Part shown: in pieces, positions 11,901-25,200 of the stretch | Numbering within the stretch: position 1 is the stretch's first letter | How the letters are laid out: every line of letters starts with the position of its first letter | Origin: the human T2T-CHM13v2.0 reference genome, Homo sapiens | Strand: one strand, 5' to 3' | Length of the DNA: 64,000 nt | Assembly: GCF_009914755.1 (NCBI RefSeq) | Contig: NC_060932.1 | Notes under the pieces: model-generated | What the model saw: only the letters and a program-made list of their open reading frames with translations | What the model was told of the DNA's origin: nothing | The model's database searches: none | Translations under genes and position numbers: made by a program

Positions 11901-14373
11901 TTGAAACCCTCTTTTTATAGTGTCTGGAAGCGGGCATTTGGAGCGCTTTCAGGCCTATGCTTAAAATAGGAAATATCTACCTACAGAAACTAGACAGAAG
12001 CATTCTGAGAATCACGTTTGTGATGTGGGTACTCAACTAACAGTGTTGATCCATTCTTTTGATACAGCAGTTTTGAACCACACTTTTTGTAGAATCTGCA
12101 AGAGGATATTTGGATAGCTGTGAGGATTTCGTTGGAAACGGGAATGTCTTCAAAGAAAATCTAGACAGAAGCATTCTCAGAAACACCTTCGTGATGTTTG
12201 CAATCAAGTCACAGAGTTGAACCTTTCGTTTCATAGAGCAGGTTGGAAACACTCTTATTGTAGTATCTGGAAGTGGACATTTGGAGCGCTTTCAGGCCTA
12301 TGGTGAAAAAGGAAATATCTTCCCATAAAAACGACATAGAAGCTATCTCAGGAACTTGTTTATGATGCATCTAATCAACTAACAGTGTTGAACCTTTGTA
12401 CTGACAGAGCAGTTTGAAACACTCTTTTTTTGGAATCTGCAAGTGGATATTTGGATCGCTTTGAGGATTTCGTTGGAAACGGGATGCAATATAAAACGTA
12501 CACAGCAGCATACTCAGAAAATACTTTGCCATATTTCCATTCAAGTCACAGAGTGGAACATTCCCATTCATAGAGCAGGTTTGAAACACTCTTTTTGGAG
12601 TATCTGGAAGTGGACATTTGGAGCGCTTTCTGAACTATGGTGAAAAAGGAAATATCTTCCAATGAAAACAAGACAGAAGCATTCTGAGAAACTTATTTGT
12701 GATGTGTGTCCTCAACTAACGGACTTGAACCTTTCGTTTCATGCAGTACTTCTGGAACACTCTTTTTGAAGATTCTGCATGCGGATATTTGGATTGCTTT
12801 GAGGATTTCGTTGGAAACGGGCTTACATGTAAAAATTAGACAGCAGCATTCTCAGAAACTTCTTTGTGCTGTCTGCATTCAAGTCACAGAATTGAACTTC
12901 CCCTCACATAGAGCAGTTGTGCAGCACTCTCTTTGTAGTATCTCGAAGTGGACATTTGGAGGGCTTTGTAGCCTATCTGGAAAAAGGAAATATCTTCCCA
13001 TGAATGCGAGATAGAAGTAATCTCAGAAACATGTTTATGCTGTATCTACTCAACTAACTGTGCTGAACATTTCTATTGATAGAGCAGTTTTGAGACACTC
13101 TTCTTTTGGAATCTGCAAGTGGATATTTGGATAGATTTGAGGATTTCGTTGGAAACGGGATTATATATAAAAAGTAGACAGCAGCATTCTCAGAAACTTC
13201 TTTGTGATGTTTGCATCCAGCTCTCAGAGTTGAACATTCCCTTTCATAGAGTAGGTTTGAAACCCTCTTTTTATAGTGTCTGGAAGCGGGCATTTGGAGC
13301 GCTTTCAGGCCTATGCTTAAAATAGGAAATATCTACCTACAGAAACTAGACAGAAGCATTCTGAGAATCACGTTTGTGATGTGGGTACTCAACTAACAGT
13401 GTTGATCCATTCTTTTGATACAGCAGTTTTGAACCACACTTTTTGTAGAATCTGCAAGAGGATATTTGGATAGCTGTGAGGATTTCGTTGGAAACGGGAA
13501 TGTCTTCAAAGAAAATCTAGACAGAAGCATTCTCAGAAACACCTTCGTGATGTTTGCAATCAAGTCACAGAGTTGAACCTTTCGTTTCATAGAGCAGGTT
13601 GGAAACACTCTTATTGTAGTATCTGGAAGTGGACATTTGGAGCGCTTTCAGGCCTATGGTGAAAAAGGAAATATCTTCCCATAAAAACGACATAGAAGCT
13701 ATCTCAGGAACTTGTTTATGATGCATCTAATCAACTAACAGTGTTGAACCTTTGTACTGACAGAGCAGTTTGAAACACTCTTTTTTTGGAATCTGCAAGT
13801 GGATATTTGGATCGCTTTGAGGATTTCGTTGGAAACGGGATGCAATATAAAACGTACACAGCAGCATACTCAGAAAATACTTTGCCATATTTCCATTCAA
13901 GTCACAGAGTGGAACATTCCCATTCATAGAGCAGGTTTGAAACACTCTTTTTGGAGTATCTGGAAGTGGACATTTGGAGCGCTTTCTGAACTATGGTGAA
14001 AAAGGAAATATCTTCCAATGAAAACAAGACAGAAGCATTCTGAGAAACTTATTTGTGATGTGTGTCCTCAACTAACGGACTTGAACCTTTCGTTTCATGC
14101 AGTACTTCTGGAACACTCTTTTTGAAGATTCTGCATGCGGATATTTGGATTGCTTTGAGGATTTCGTTGGAAACGGGCTTACATGTAAAAATTAGACAGC
14201 AGCATTCTCAGAAACTTCTTTGTGCTGTCTGCATTCAAGTCACAGAATTGAACTTCCCCTCACATAGAGCAGTTGTGCAGCACTCTATTTGTAGTATCTG
14301 GAAGTGGACATTTGGAGGGCTTTGTAGCCTATCTGGAAAAAGGAAATATCTTCCCATGAATGCGAGATAGAAG
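2987..14373 (+). repeat. Mixed 7/8-mer block: 8,7,7,7,8,7,7,8,8 (starts 2987, 4342, 5535, 6728, 7921, 9276, 10469, 11662, 13018)
   Basis: Anchor spacings 1355, 1193, 1193, 1193, 1355, 1193, 1193, 1356, 1356. Confidence 0.93.
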
Positions 14374-16241
14374 TAATCTCAGAAACATGTTTATGCTGTA
14401 TCTACTCAACTAACTGTGCTGAACATTTCTATTGATAGAGCAGTTTTGAGACACTCTTCTTTTGGAATCTGCAAGTGGATATTTGGATAGATTTGAGGAT
14501 TTCGTTGGAAACGGGATTATATATAAAAAGTAGACAGCAGCATTCTCAGAAACTTCTTTGTGATGTTTGCATCCAGCTCTCAGAGTTGAACATTCCCTTT
14601 CATAGAGTAGGTTTGAAACCCTCTTTTTATAGTGTCTGGAAGCGGACATTTGGAGAGCTTTCAGGCCTATGCTGAAAAAGGAAATATCTACCTATAGAAA
14701 CTAGACAGAAGCATTCTGAGAATCACGTTTCTGATGTGGGTACTCAACTAACAGTGTTGATCCATTCTTTTGATACAGCAGTTTTGAACCACACTTTTTG
14801 TAGAATGTGCAAGTGGATATTTGGATAGCTGTGAGGATTTCGTTGGAAACGGGAATGTCTTCATAGAAAATTTAGACAGAAGCATTCTCAGAACCTTGAT
14901 TGTGATGTGTGTTCTCCACTAACAGAGTTGAACCTTTCTTTTGACAGAACTGTTCTGAAACATTCTTTTTATAGAATCTGGAAGTGGATATTTGGAAAGC
15001 TTTGAGGATTTCATTGGAAACGGGAATATCTTCAAATAAAATCTAGCCAGAAGCATTCTAAGAAACATCTTAGGGATGTTTACATTCAAGTCACAGAGTT
15101 GAACATTCCCTTTCACAGAGCAGGTTTGAAACAATCTTCTCGTACTATCTGGCAGTGGACATTTTGAGCTCCTTTGGGCCTATGCTGAAAAAGGAAATAT
15201 CTTCCGACAAAAACTAGACAGAAGCATTCGCAGAATCACGTTTGTGATGTGTGCACTCAACTGTCAGAATTGAACCTTGGTTTGGACAGAGCACTTTTGA
15301 AACACTCTTTTTGTAGTATCTGCAGGTGGATATTTGGCTAGCTCTGAGGATTTCATTGGAAACGGTAATGTCTTCAAAGAAAATCTAGACAGAAGCATTC
15401 TCAGAAACACCTTCGTGATGTTTGCAATCAAGTCACAGAGTTGAACCTTCCGTTTCATAGAGCAGGTTGGAAACACTCTTTTTGTAGTATCTGGAAGTGG
15501 ACATTTGGAGCGCTTTCAGGCCTATGGTGAAAAAGGAAATATCTTCCCATAAAAACGACATAGAAGCTATCTCAGGAACTTGTTTATGATGCATCTAATC
15601 AACTAACAGTGTTGAACCTTTGTACTGACAGAGCAGTTTGAAACACTCTTTTTTTGGAATCTGCAAGTGGATATTTGGATCGCTTTGAGGATTTCGTTGG
15701 AAACGGGATGCAATATAAAACGTACACAGCAGCATACTCAGAAAATACTTTGCCATATTTCCATTCAAGTCACAGAGTGGAACATTCCCATTCATAGAGC
15801 AGGTTGGAAACACTCTTTTTGGAGTATCTGGAAGTGGACATTTGGAGCGCTTTCTGAACTATGGTGAAAAAGGAAATATCTTCCAATGAAAACAAGACAG
15901 AAGCATTCTGAGAAACTTATTTGTGATGTGTGTCCTCAACAAACGGACTTGAACCTTTCGTTTCATGCAGTACTTCTGGAACACTCTTTTTGAAGATTCT
16001 GCATGCGGATATTTGGATAGCTTTGAGGATTTCGTTGGAAACGGGCTTACATGTAAAAATTAGACAGCAGCATTCTCAGAAACTACTTTGTGGTGTCTGC
16101 ATTCAAGTCACAGAATTGAACTTCCCCTCACATAGAGCAGTTGTGCAGCACTCTATTTGTAGTATCTGGAAGTGGACATTTGGAGGGCTTTGTAGCCTAT
16201 CTGGAAAAAGGAAATATCTTCCCATGAATGCGAGATAGAAG
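14374..16241 (+). repeat. Representative full 11-mer HOR, 1868 bp (M1-M11)
   Basis: Anchor spacing 14475 to 16343 = 1868. All 11 monomer types occur in order with a non-hybrid M7 leading into M8. Confidence 0.95.
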
Positions 16242-19200
16242 TAATCTCAGAAACATGTTTATGCTGTATCTACTCAACTAACTGTGCTGAACATTTCTAT
16301 TGATAGAGCAGTTTTGAGACACTCTTCTTTTGGAATCTGCAAGTGGATATTTGGATAGATTTGAGGATTTCGTTGGAAACGGGATTATATATCAAAAGTA
16401 GACAGCAGCATTCTCAGAAACTTCTTTGTGATGTTTGCATCCAGCTCTCAGAGTTGAACATTCCCTTTCATAGAGTAGGTTTGAAACCCTCTTTTTATAG
16501 TGTCTGGAAGCGGGCATTTGGAGCGCTTTCAGGCCTATGCTTAAAATAGGAAATATCTACCTACAGAAACTAGACAGAAGCATTCTGAGAATCATGTTTG
16601 TGATGTGGGTACTCAACTAACAGTGTTGATCCATTCTTTTGATACAGCAGTTTTGAACCACACTTTTTGTAGAATCTGCAAGAGGATATTTGGATAGCTG
16701 TGAGGATTTCGTTGGAAACGGGAATGTCTTCAAAGAAAATCTAGACAGAAGCATTCTCAGAAACACCTTCGTGATGTTTGCAATCAAGTCACAGAGTTGA
16801 ACCTTCCGTTTCATAGAGCAGGTTGGAAACACTCTTATTGTAGTATCTGGAAGTGGACATTTGGAGCGCTTTCAGGCCTATGGTGAAAAAGGAAATATCT
16901 TCCCATAAAAACGACATAGAAGCTATCTCAGGAACTTGTTTATGATGCATCTAATCAACTAACAGTGTTGAACCTTTGTACTGACAGAGCAGTTTGAAAC
17001 ACTCTTTTTTTGGAATCTGCAAGTGGATATTTGGATCGCTTTGAGGATTTCGTTGGAAACGGGATGCAATATAAAACGTACACAGCAGCATACTCAGAAA
17101 ATACTTTGCCATATTTCCATTCAAGTCACAGAGTGGAACATTCCCATTCATAGAGCAGGTTTGAAACACTCTTTTTGGAGTATCTGGAAGTGGACATTTG
17201 GAGCGCTTTCTGAACTATGGTGAAAAAGGAAATATCTTCCAATGAAAACAACACAGAAGCATTCTGAGAAACTTATTTGTGATGTGTGTCCTCAACAAAC
17301 GGACTTGAACCTTTCGTTTCATGCAGTACTTCTGGAACACTCTTTTTGAAGATTCTGCATGCGGATATTTGGATAGCTTTGAGGATTTCGTTGGAAACGG
17401 GCTTACATGTAAAAATTAGACAGCAGCATTCTCAGAAACTTCTTTGTGGTGTCTGCATTCAAGTCACAGAATTGAACTTCCCCTCACATAGAGCAGTTGT
17501 GCAGCACTCTATTTGTAGTATCTGGAAGTGGACATTTGGAGGGCTTTGTAGCCTATCTGGAAAAAGGAAATATCTTCCCATGAATGCGAGATAGAAGTAA
17601 TCTCAGAAACATGTTTATGCTGTATCTACTCAACTAACTGTGCTGAACATTTCTATTGATAGAGCAGTTTTGAGACACTCTTCTTTTGGAATCTGCAAGT
17701 GGATATTTGGATAGATTTGAGGATTTCGTTGGAAACGGGATTATATATCAAAAGTAGACAGCAGCATTCTCAGAAACTTCTTTGTGATGTTTGCATCCAG
17801 CTCTCAGAGTTGAACATTCCCTTTCATAGAGTAGGTTTGAAACCCTCTTTTTATAGTGTCTGGAAGCGGGCATTTGGAGCGCTTTCAGGCCTATGCTGAA
17901 AAAGGAAATATCTACCTATAGAAACTAGACAGAAGCATTCTGAGAATCACGTTTGTGATGTGGGTACTCAACTAACAGTGTTGATCCATTCTTTTGATAC
18001 AGCAGTTTTGAACCACACTTTTTGTAGAATCTGCAAGTGGATATTTGGATAGCTGTGAGGATTTCGTTGGAAACGGGAATGTCTTCATAGAAAATTTAGA
18101 CAGAAGCATTCTCAGAACCTTGATTGTGATGTGTGTTCTCCACTAACAGAGTTGAACCTTTCTTTTGACAGAACTGTTCTGAAACATTCTTTTTATAGTA
18201 TCTGGAAGTGGATATTTGGAAAGCTTTGAGGATTTCGTTGGAAACGGGAATATCTTCAAATAAAATCTAGCCAGAAGCATTCTAAGAAACATCTCAGGGA
18301 TGTTTACATTCAAGTCACAGAGTTGAACATTCCCTTTCACAGAGCAGGTTTGAAACAATCTTCTCGTACTATCTGGCAGTGGACATTTTGAGCTCCTTGG
18401 GGCCTATGCTGAAAAAGGAAATATCTTCCGACAAAAACTAGACAGAAGCATTCGCAGAATCACGTTTGTGATGTGTGCACTCAACTGTCAGAACTGAACC
18501 TTGGTTTGGACAGAGCACTTTTGAAACACTCTTTTTGTAGAATCTGCAGGTGGATATTTGGCTAGCTTTGAGGATTTCGTTGGAAACGGTAATGTCTTCA
18601 AAGAAAATCTAGACAGAAGCATTCTCAGAAACAGCGTCGTGATGTTTGCAATCAAGTCACAGAGTTGAACCTTCCGTTTCATAGAGCAGGTTGGAAACAC
18701 TCTTTTTGTAGTATCTGGAAGTGGACATTTGGAGGGCTTTGTAGCCTATCTGGAAAAAGGAAATATCTTCCCATGAATGCGAGATAGAAGTAATCTCAGA
18801 AACATGTTTATGCTGTATCTACTCAACTAACTGTGCTGAACATTTCTATTGATAGAGCAGTTTTGAGACACTCTTCTTTTGGAATCTGCAAGTGGATATT
18901 TGGATAGATTTGAGGATTTCGTTGGAAACGGGATTATATATAAAAAGTAGACAGCAGCATTCTCAGAAACTTCTTTGTGATGTTTGCATCCAGCTCTCAG
19001 AGTTGAGCATTCCCTTTCATAGAGTAGGTTTGAAACCCTCTTTTTATAGTGTCTGGAAGCGGGCATTTGGAGCGCTTTCAGGCCTATTCTTAAAATAGGA
19101 AATATCTACCTACAGAAACTAGACAGAAGCATTCTGAGAATCACGTTTGTGATGTGGGTACTCAACTAACAGTGTTGATCCATTCTTTTGATACAGCAGT

Positions 19201-22200
19201 TTTGAACCACACTTTTTGTAGAATCTGCAAGAGGATATTTGGATAGCTGTGAGGATTTCGTTGGAAACGGGAATGTCTTCAAAGAAAATCTAGACAGAAG
19301 CATTCTCAGAAACACCTTCGTGATGTTTGCAATCAAGTCACAGAGTTGAACCTTCCGTTTCATAGAGCAGGTTGGAAACACTCTTTTTGTAGTATCTGGA
19401 AGTGGACATTTGGAGCGCTTTCAGGCCTATGGTGAAAAAGGAAATATCTTCCCATAAAAACGACATAGAAGCTATCTCAGGAACTTGTTTATGATGCATC
19501 TAATCAACTAACAGTGTTGAACCTTTGTACTGACAGAGCAGTTTGAAACACTCTTTTTTTGGAATCTGCAAGTGGATATTTGGATCGCTTTGAGGATTTC
19601 GTTGGAAACGGGATGCAATATAAAACGTACACAGCAGCATACTCAGAAAATACTTTGCCATATTTCCATTCAAGTCACAGAGTGGAACATTCCCATTCAT
19701 AGAGCAGGTTTGAAACACTCTTTTTGGAGTATCTGGAAGTGGACATTTGGAGCGCTTTCTGAACTATGGTGAAAAAGGAAATATCTTCCAATGAAAACAA
19801 CACAGAAGCATTCTGAGAAACTTATTTGTGATGTGTGTCCTCAACAAACGGACTTGAACCTTTCGTTTCATGCAGTACTTCTGGAACACTCTTTTTGAAG
19901 ATTCTGCATGCGGATATTTGGATAGCTTTGAGGATTTCGTTGGAAACGGGCTTACATGTAAAAATTAGACAGCAGCATTCTCAGAAACTTCTTTGTGGTG
20001 TCTGCATTCAAGTCACAGAATTGAACTTCCCCTCACATAGAGCAGTTGTGCAGCACTCTATTTGTAGTATCTGGAAGTGGACATTTGGAGGGCTTTGTAG
20101 CCTATCTGGAAAAAGGAAATATCTTCCCATGAATGCGAGATAGAAGTAATCTCAGAAACATGTTTATGCTGTATCTACTCAACTAACTGTGCTGAACATT
20201 TCTATTGATAGAGCAGTTTTGAGACACTCTTCTTTTGGAATCTGCAAGTGGATTTTTGGATAGATTTGAGGATTTCGTTGGAAACGGGATTATATATCAA
20301 AAGTAGACAGCAGCATTCTCAGAAACTTCTTTGTGATGTTTGCATCCAGCTCTCAGAGTTGAACATTCCCTTTCATAGAGTAGGTTTGAAACCCTCTTTT
20401 TATAGTGTCTGGAAGCGGGCATTTGGAGCGCTTTCAGGCCTATGCTAAAAAAGGAAATATCTACCTATAGAAACTAGACAGAAGCATTCTGAGAATCACG
20501 TTTGTGATGTGGGTACTCAACTAACAGTGTTGATCCATTCTTTTGATACAGCAGTTTTGAACCACACTTTTTGTAGAATCTGCAAGTGGATATTTGGATA
20601 GCTGTGAGGATTTCGTTGGAAACGGGAATGTCTTCATAGAAAATTTAGACAGAAGCATTCTCAGAACCTTGATTGTGATGTGTGTTCTCCACTAACAGAG
20701 TTGAACCTTTCTTTTGACAGAACTGTTCTGAAACATTCTTTTTATAGTATCTGGAAGTGGATATTTGGAAAGCTTTGAGGATTTCGTTGGAAACGGGAAT
20801 ATCTTCAAATAAAATCTAGCCAGAAGCATTCTAAGAAACATCTCAGGGATGTTTACATTCAAGTCACAGAGTTGAACATTCCCTTTCACGGAGCAGGTTT
20901 GAAACAATCTTCTCGTACTATCTGGCAGTGGACATTTTGAGCTCCTTGGGGCCTATGCTGAAAAAGGAAATATCTTCCGACAAAAACTAGACAGAAGCAT
21001 TCGCAGAATCACGTTTGTGATGTGTGCACTCAACTGTCAGAACTGAACCTTGGTTTGGACAGAGCACTTTTGAAACACTCTTTTTGTAGAATCTGCAGGT
21101 GGATATTTGGCTAGCTTTGAGGATTTCGTTGGAAACGGTAATGTCTTCAAAGAAAATCTAGACAGAAGCATTCTCAGAAACAGCGTCGTGATGTTTGCAA
21201 TCAAGTCACAGAGTTGAACCTTCCGTTTCATAGAGCAGGTTGGAAACACTCTTTTTGTAGTATCTGGAAGTGGACATTTGGAGGGCTTTGTAGCCTATCT
21301 GGAAAAAGGAAATATCTTCCCATGAATGCGAGATAGAAGTAATCTCAGAAACATGTTTATGCTGTATCTACTCAACTAACTGTGCTGAACATTTCTATTG
21401 ATAGAGCAGTTTTGAGACACTCTTCTTTTGGAATCTGCAAGTGGATATTTGGATAGATTTGAGGATTTCGTTGGAAACGGGATTATATATAAAAAGTAGA
21501 CAGCAGCATTCTCAGAAACTTCTTTGTGATGTTTGCATCCAGCTCTCAGAGTTGAGCATTCCCTTTCATAGAGTAGGTTTGAAACCCTCTTTTTATAGTG
21601 TCTGGAAGCGGGCATTTGGAGCGCTTTCAGGCCTATTCTTAAAATAGGAAATATCTACCTACAGAAACTAGACAGAAGCATTCTGAGAATCACGTTTGTG
21701 ATGTGGGTACTCAACTAACAGTGTTGATCCATTCTTTTGATACAGCAGTTTTGAACCACACTTTTTGTAGAATCTGCAAGAGGATATTTGGATAGCTGTG
21801 AGGATTTCGTTGGAAACGGGAATGTCCTCAAAGAAAATCTAGACAGAAGCATTCTCAGAAACACCTTCGTGATGTTTGCAATCAAGTCACAGAGTTGAAC
21901 CTTCCGTTTCATAGAGCAGGTTGGAAACACTCTTATTGTAGTATCTGGAAGTGGACATTTGGAGCGCTTTCAGGCCTATGGTGAAAAAGGAAATATCTTC
22001 CCATAAAAACGACATAGAAGCTATCTCAGGAACTTGTTTATGATGCATCTAATCAACTAACAGTGTTGAACCTTTGTACTGACAGAGCAGTTTGAAACAC
22101 TCTTTTTTGGAATCTGCAAGTGGATATTTGGATCGCTTTGAGGATTTCGTTGGAAACGGGATGCAATATAAAACGTACACAGCAGCATACTCAGAAAATA

Positions 22201-25200
22201 CTTTGCCATATTTCCATTCAAGTCACAGAGTGGAACATTCCCATTCATAGAGCAGGTTGGAAACACTCTTTTTGGAGTATCTGGAAGTGGACATTTGGAG
22301 CGCTTTCTGAACTATGGTGGAAAAGGAAATATCTTCCAATGAAAACAAGACAGAAGCATTCTGAGAAACTTATTTGTGATGTGTGTCCTCAACAAACGGA
22401 CTTGAACCTTTCGTTTCATGCAGTACTTCTGGAACACTCTTTTTGAAGATTCTGCATGCGGATATTTGGATAGCTTTGAGGATTTCGTTGGAAACGGGCT
22501 TACATGTAAAAATTAGACAGCAGCATTCTCAGAAACTTCTTTGTGGTGTCTGCATTCAAGTCACAGAATTGAACTTCCCCTCACATAGAGCAGTTGTGCA
22601 GCACTCTATTTGTAGTATCTCGAAGTGGACATTTGGAGGGCTTTGTAGCCTATCTGGAAAAAGGAAATATCTTCCCATGAATGCGAGATAGAAGTAATCT
22701 CAGAAACATGTTTATGCTGTATCTACTCAACTAACTGTGCTGAACATTTCTATTGATAGAGCAGTTTTGAGACACTCTTCTTTTGGAATCTGCAAGTGGA
22801 TATTTGGATAGATTTGAGGATTTCGTTGGAAACGGGATTATATATAAAAAGTAGACAGCAGCATTCTCAGAAACTTCTTTGTGATGTTTGCATCCAGCTC
22901 TCAGAGTTGAACATTCCCTTTCATAGAGTAGGTTTGAAACCCTCTTTTTATAGTGTCTGGAAGCGGGCATTTGGAGCGCTTTCAGGCCTATGCTGAAAAA
23001 GGAAATATCTACCTATAGAAACTAGACAGAAGCATTCTGAGAATCACGTTTGTGATGTGGGTACTCAACTAACAGTGTTGATCCATTCTTTTGATACAGC
23101 AGTTTTGAACCACACTTTTTGTAGAATCTGCAAGTGGATATTTGGATAGCTGTGAGGATTTCCTTCGAAACGGGAATGTCTTCATAGAAAATTTAGACAG
23201 AAGCATTCTCAGAACCTTGATTGTGATGTGTGTTCTCTACTAACAGAGTTGAACCTTTCTTTTGACAGAAATGTTCTGAAACATTCTTTTTATAGAATCT
23301 GGAAGTGGATATTTGGAAAGCTTTGAGGATTTCGTTGGAAACGGGAATATCTTCAAATAAAATCTAGCCAGAAGCATTCTAAGAAACATCTTAGGGATGT
23401 TTACATTCAAGTCACAGAGTTGAACATTCCCTTTCACAGAGCAGGTTTGAAACAATCTTCTCGTACTATCTGGCAGTGGACATTTTGAGCTCCTTGGGGC
23501 CTATGCTGAAAAAGGAAATATCTTCCGACAAAAACTAGACAGAAGCATTCGCAGAATCACGTTTGTGATGTGTGCACTCAACTGTCAGAATTGAACCTTG
23601 GTTTGGACAGAGCACTTTTGAAACACTCTTTTTGTAGAATCTGCAGGTGGATATTTGGCTAGCTTTGAGGATTTCGTTGGAAACGGTAATGTCTTCAAAG
23701 AAAATCTAGACAGAAGCATTCTCAGAAACACCTTCATGATGTTTGCAATCAAGTCACAGAGTTGAACCTTCCGTTTCATAGAGCAGGTTGGAAACACTCT
23801 TTTTGTAGTATCTGGAAGTGGACATTTGGAGGGCTTTGTAGCCTATCTGGAAAAAGGAAATATATTCCCATGAATGCGAGATAGAAGTAATCTCAGAAAC
23901 ATGTTTATGCTGTATCTACTCAACTAACTGTGCTGAACATTTCTATTGATAGAGCAGTTTTGAGACACTCTTCTTTTGGAATCTGCAAGTGGATATTTGG
24001 ATAGATTTGAGGATTTCGTTGGAAACGGGATTATATATAAAAAGTAGACAGCAGCATTCTCAGAAACTTCTTTGTGATGTTTGCATCCAGTTCTCAGAGT
24101 TGAACATTCCCTTTCATAGAGTAGGTTTGAAACCCTCTTTTTATAGTGTCTGGAAGCGGGCATTTGGAGCGCTTTCAGGCCTATGCTTAAAATAGGAAAT
24201 ATCTACCTACAGAAACTAGACAGAAGCATTCTGAGAATCACGTTTGTGATGTGGGTACTCAACTAACAGTGTTGATCCATTCTTTTGATACAGCAGTTTT
24301 GAACCACACTTTTTGTAGAATCTGCAAGAGGATATTTGGATAGCTGTGAGGATTTCGTTGGAAACGGGAATGTCTTCAAAGAAAATCTAGACAGAAGCAT
24401 TCTCAGAAACACCTTCGTGATGTTTGCAATCAAGTCACAGAGTTGAACCTTCCGTTTCATAGAGCAGGTTGGAAACACTCTTTTTGTAGTTTGTGGAAGT
24501 GGACATTTGGAGCGCTTTCAGGCCTATGGTGAAAAAGGAAATATCTTCCCATAAAAACGACATAGAAGCTATCTCAGGAACTTGTTTATGATGCATCTAA
24601 TCAACTAACAGTGTTGAACCTTTGTACTGACAGAGCAGTTTGAAACACTCTTTTTTTGGAATCTGCAAGTGGATATTTGGATCGCTTTGAGGATTTCGTT
24701 GGAAACGGGATGCAATATAAAACGTACACAGCAGCATACTCAGAAAATACTTTGCCATATTTCCATTCAAGTCACAGAGTGGAACATTCCCATTCATAGA
24801 GCAGGTTTGAAACACTCTTTTTGGAGTATCTGGAAGTGGACATTTGGAGCGCTTTCTGAACTATGGTGAAAAAGGAAATATCTTCCAATGAAAACAAGAC
24901 AGAAGCATTCTGAGAAACTTATTTGTGATGTGTGTCCTCAACAAACGGACTTGAACCTTTCGTTTCATGCAGTACTTCTGGAACACTCTTTTTGAAGATT
25001 CTGCATGCGGATATTTGGATAGCTTTGAGGATTTCATTGGAAACGGGCTTACATGTAAAAATTAGACAGCAGCATTCTCAGAAACTTCTTTGTGGTGTCT
25101 GCATTCAAGTCACAGAATTGAACTTCCCCTCACATAGAGCAGTTGTGCAGCACTCTATTTGTAGTATCTCGAAGTGGACATTTGGAGGGCTTTGTAGCCT

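Noticed and set aside
14374-16241. Assignment to D13Z1/D21Z1 (also SF2 11-mers of ~1.87 kb) or D18Z1 (8-mer of ~1.36 kb)
   Set aside because: The joint 7/8/11/15-mer set derived from one monomer alphabet fits D8Z2 better. Disfavoured rather than excluded without alignment.
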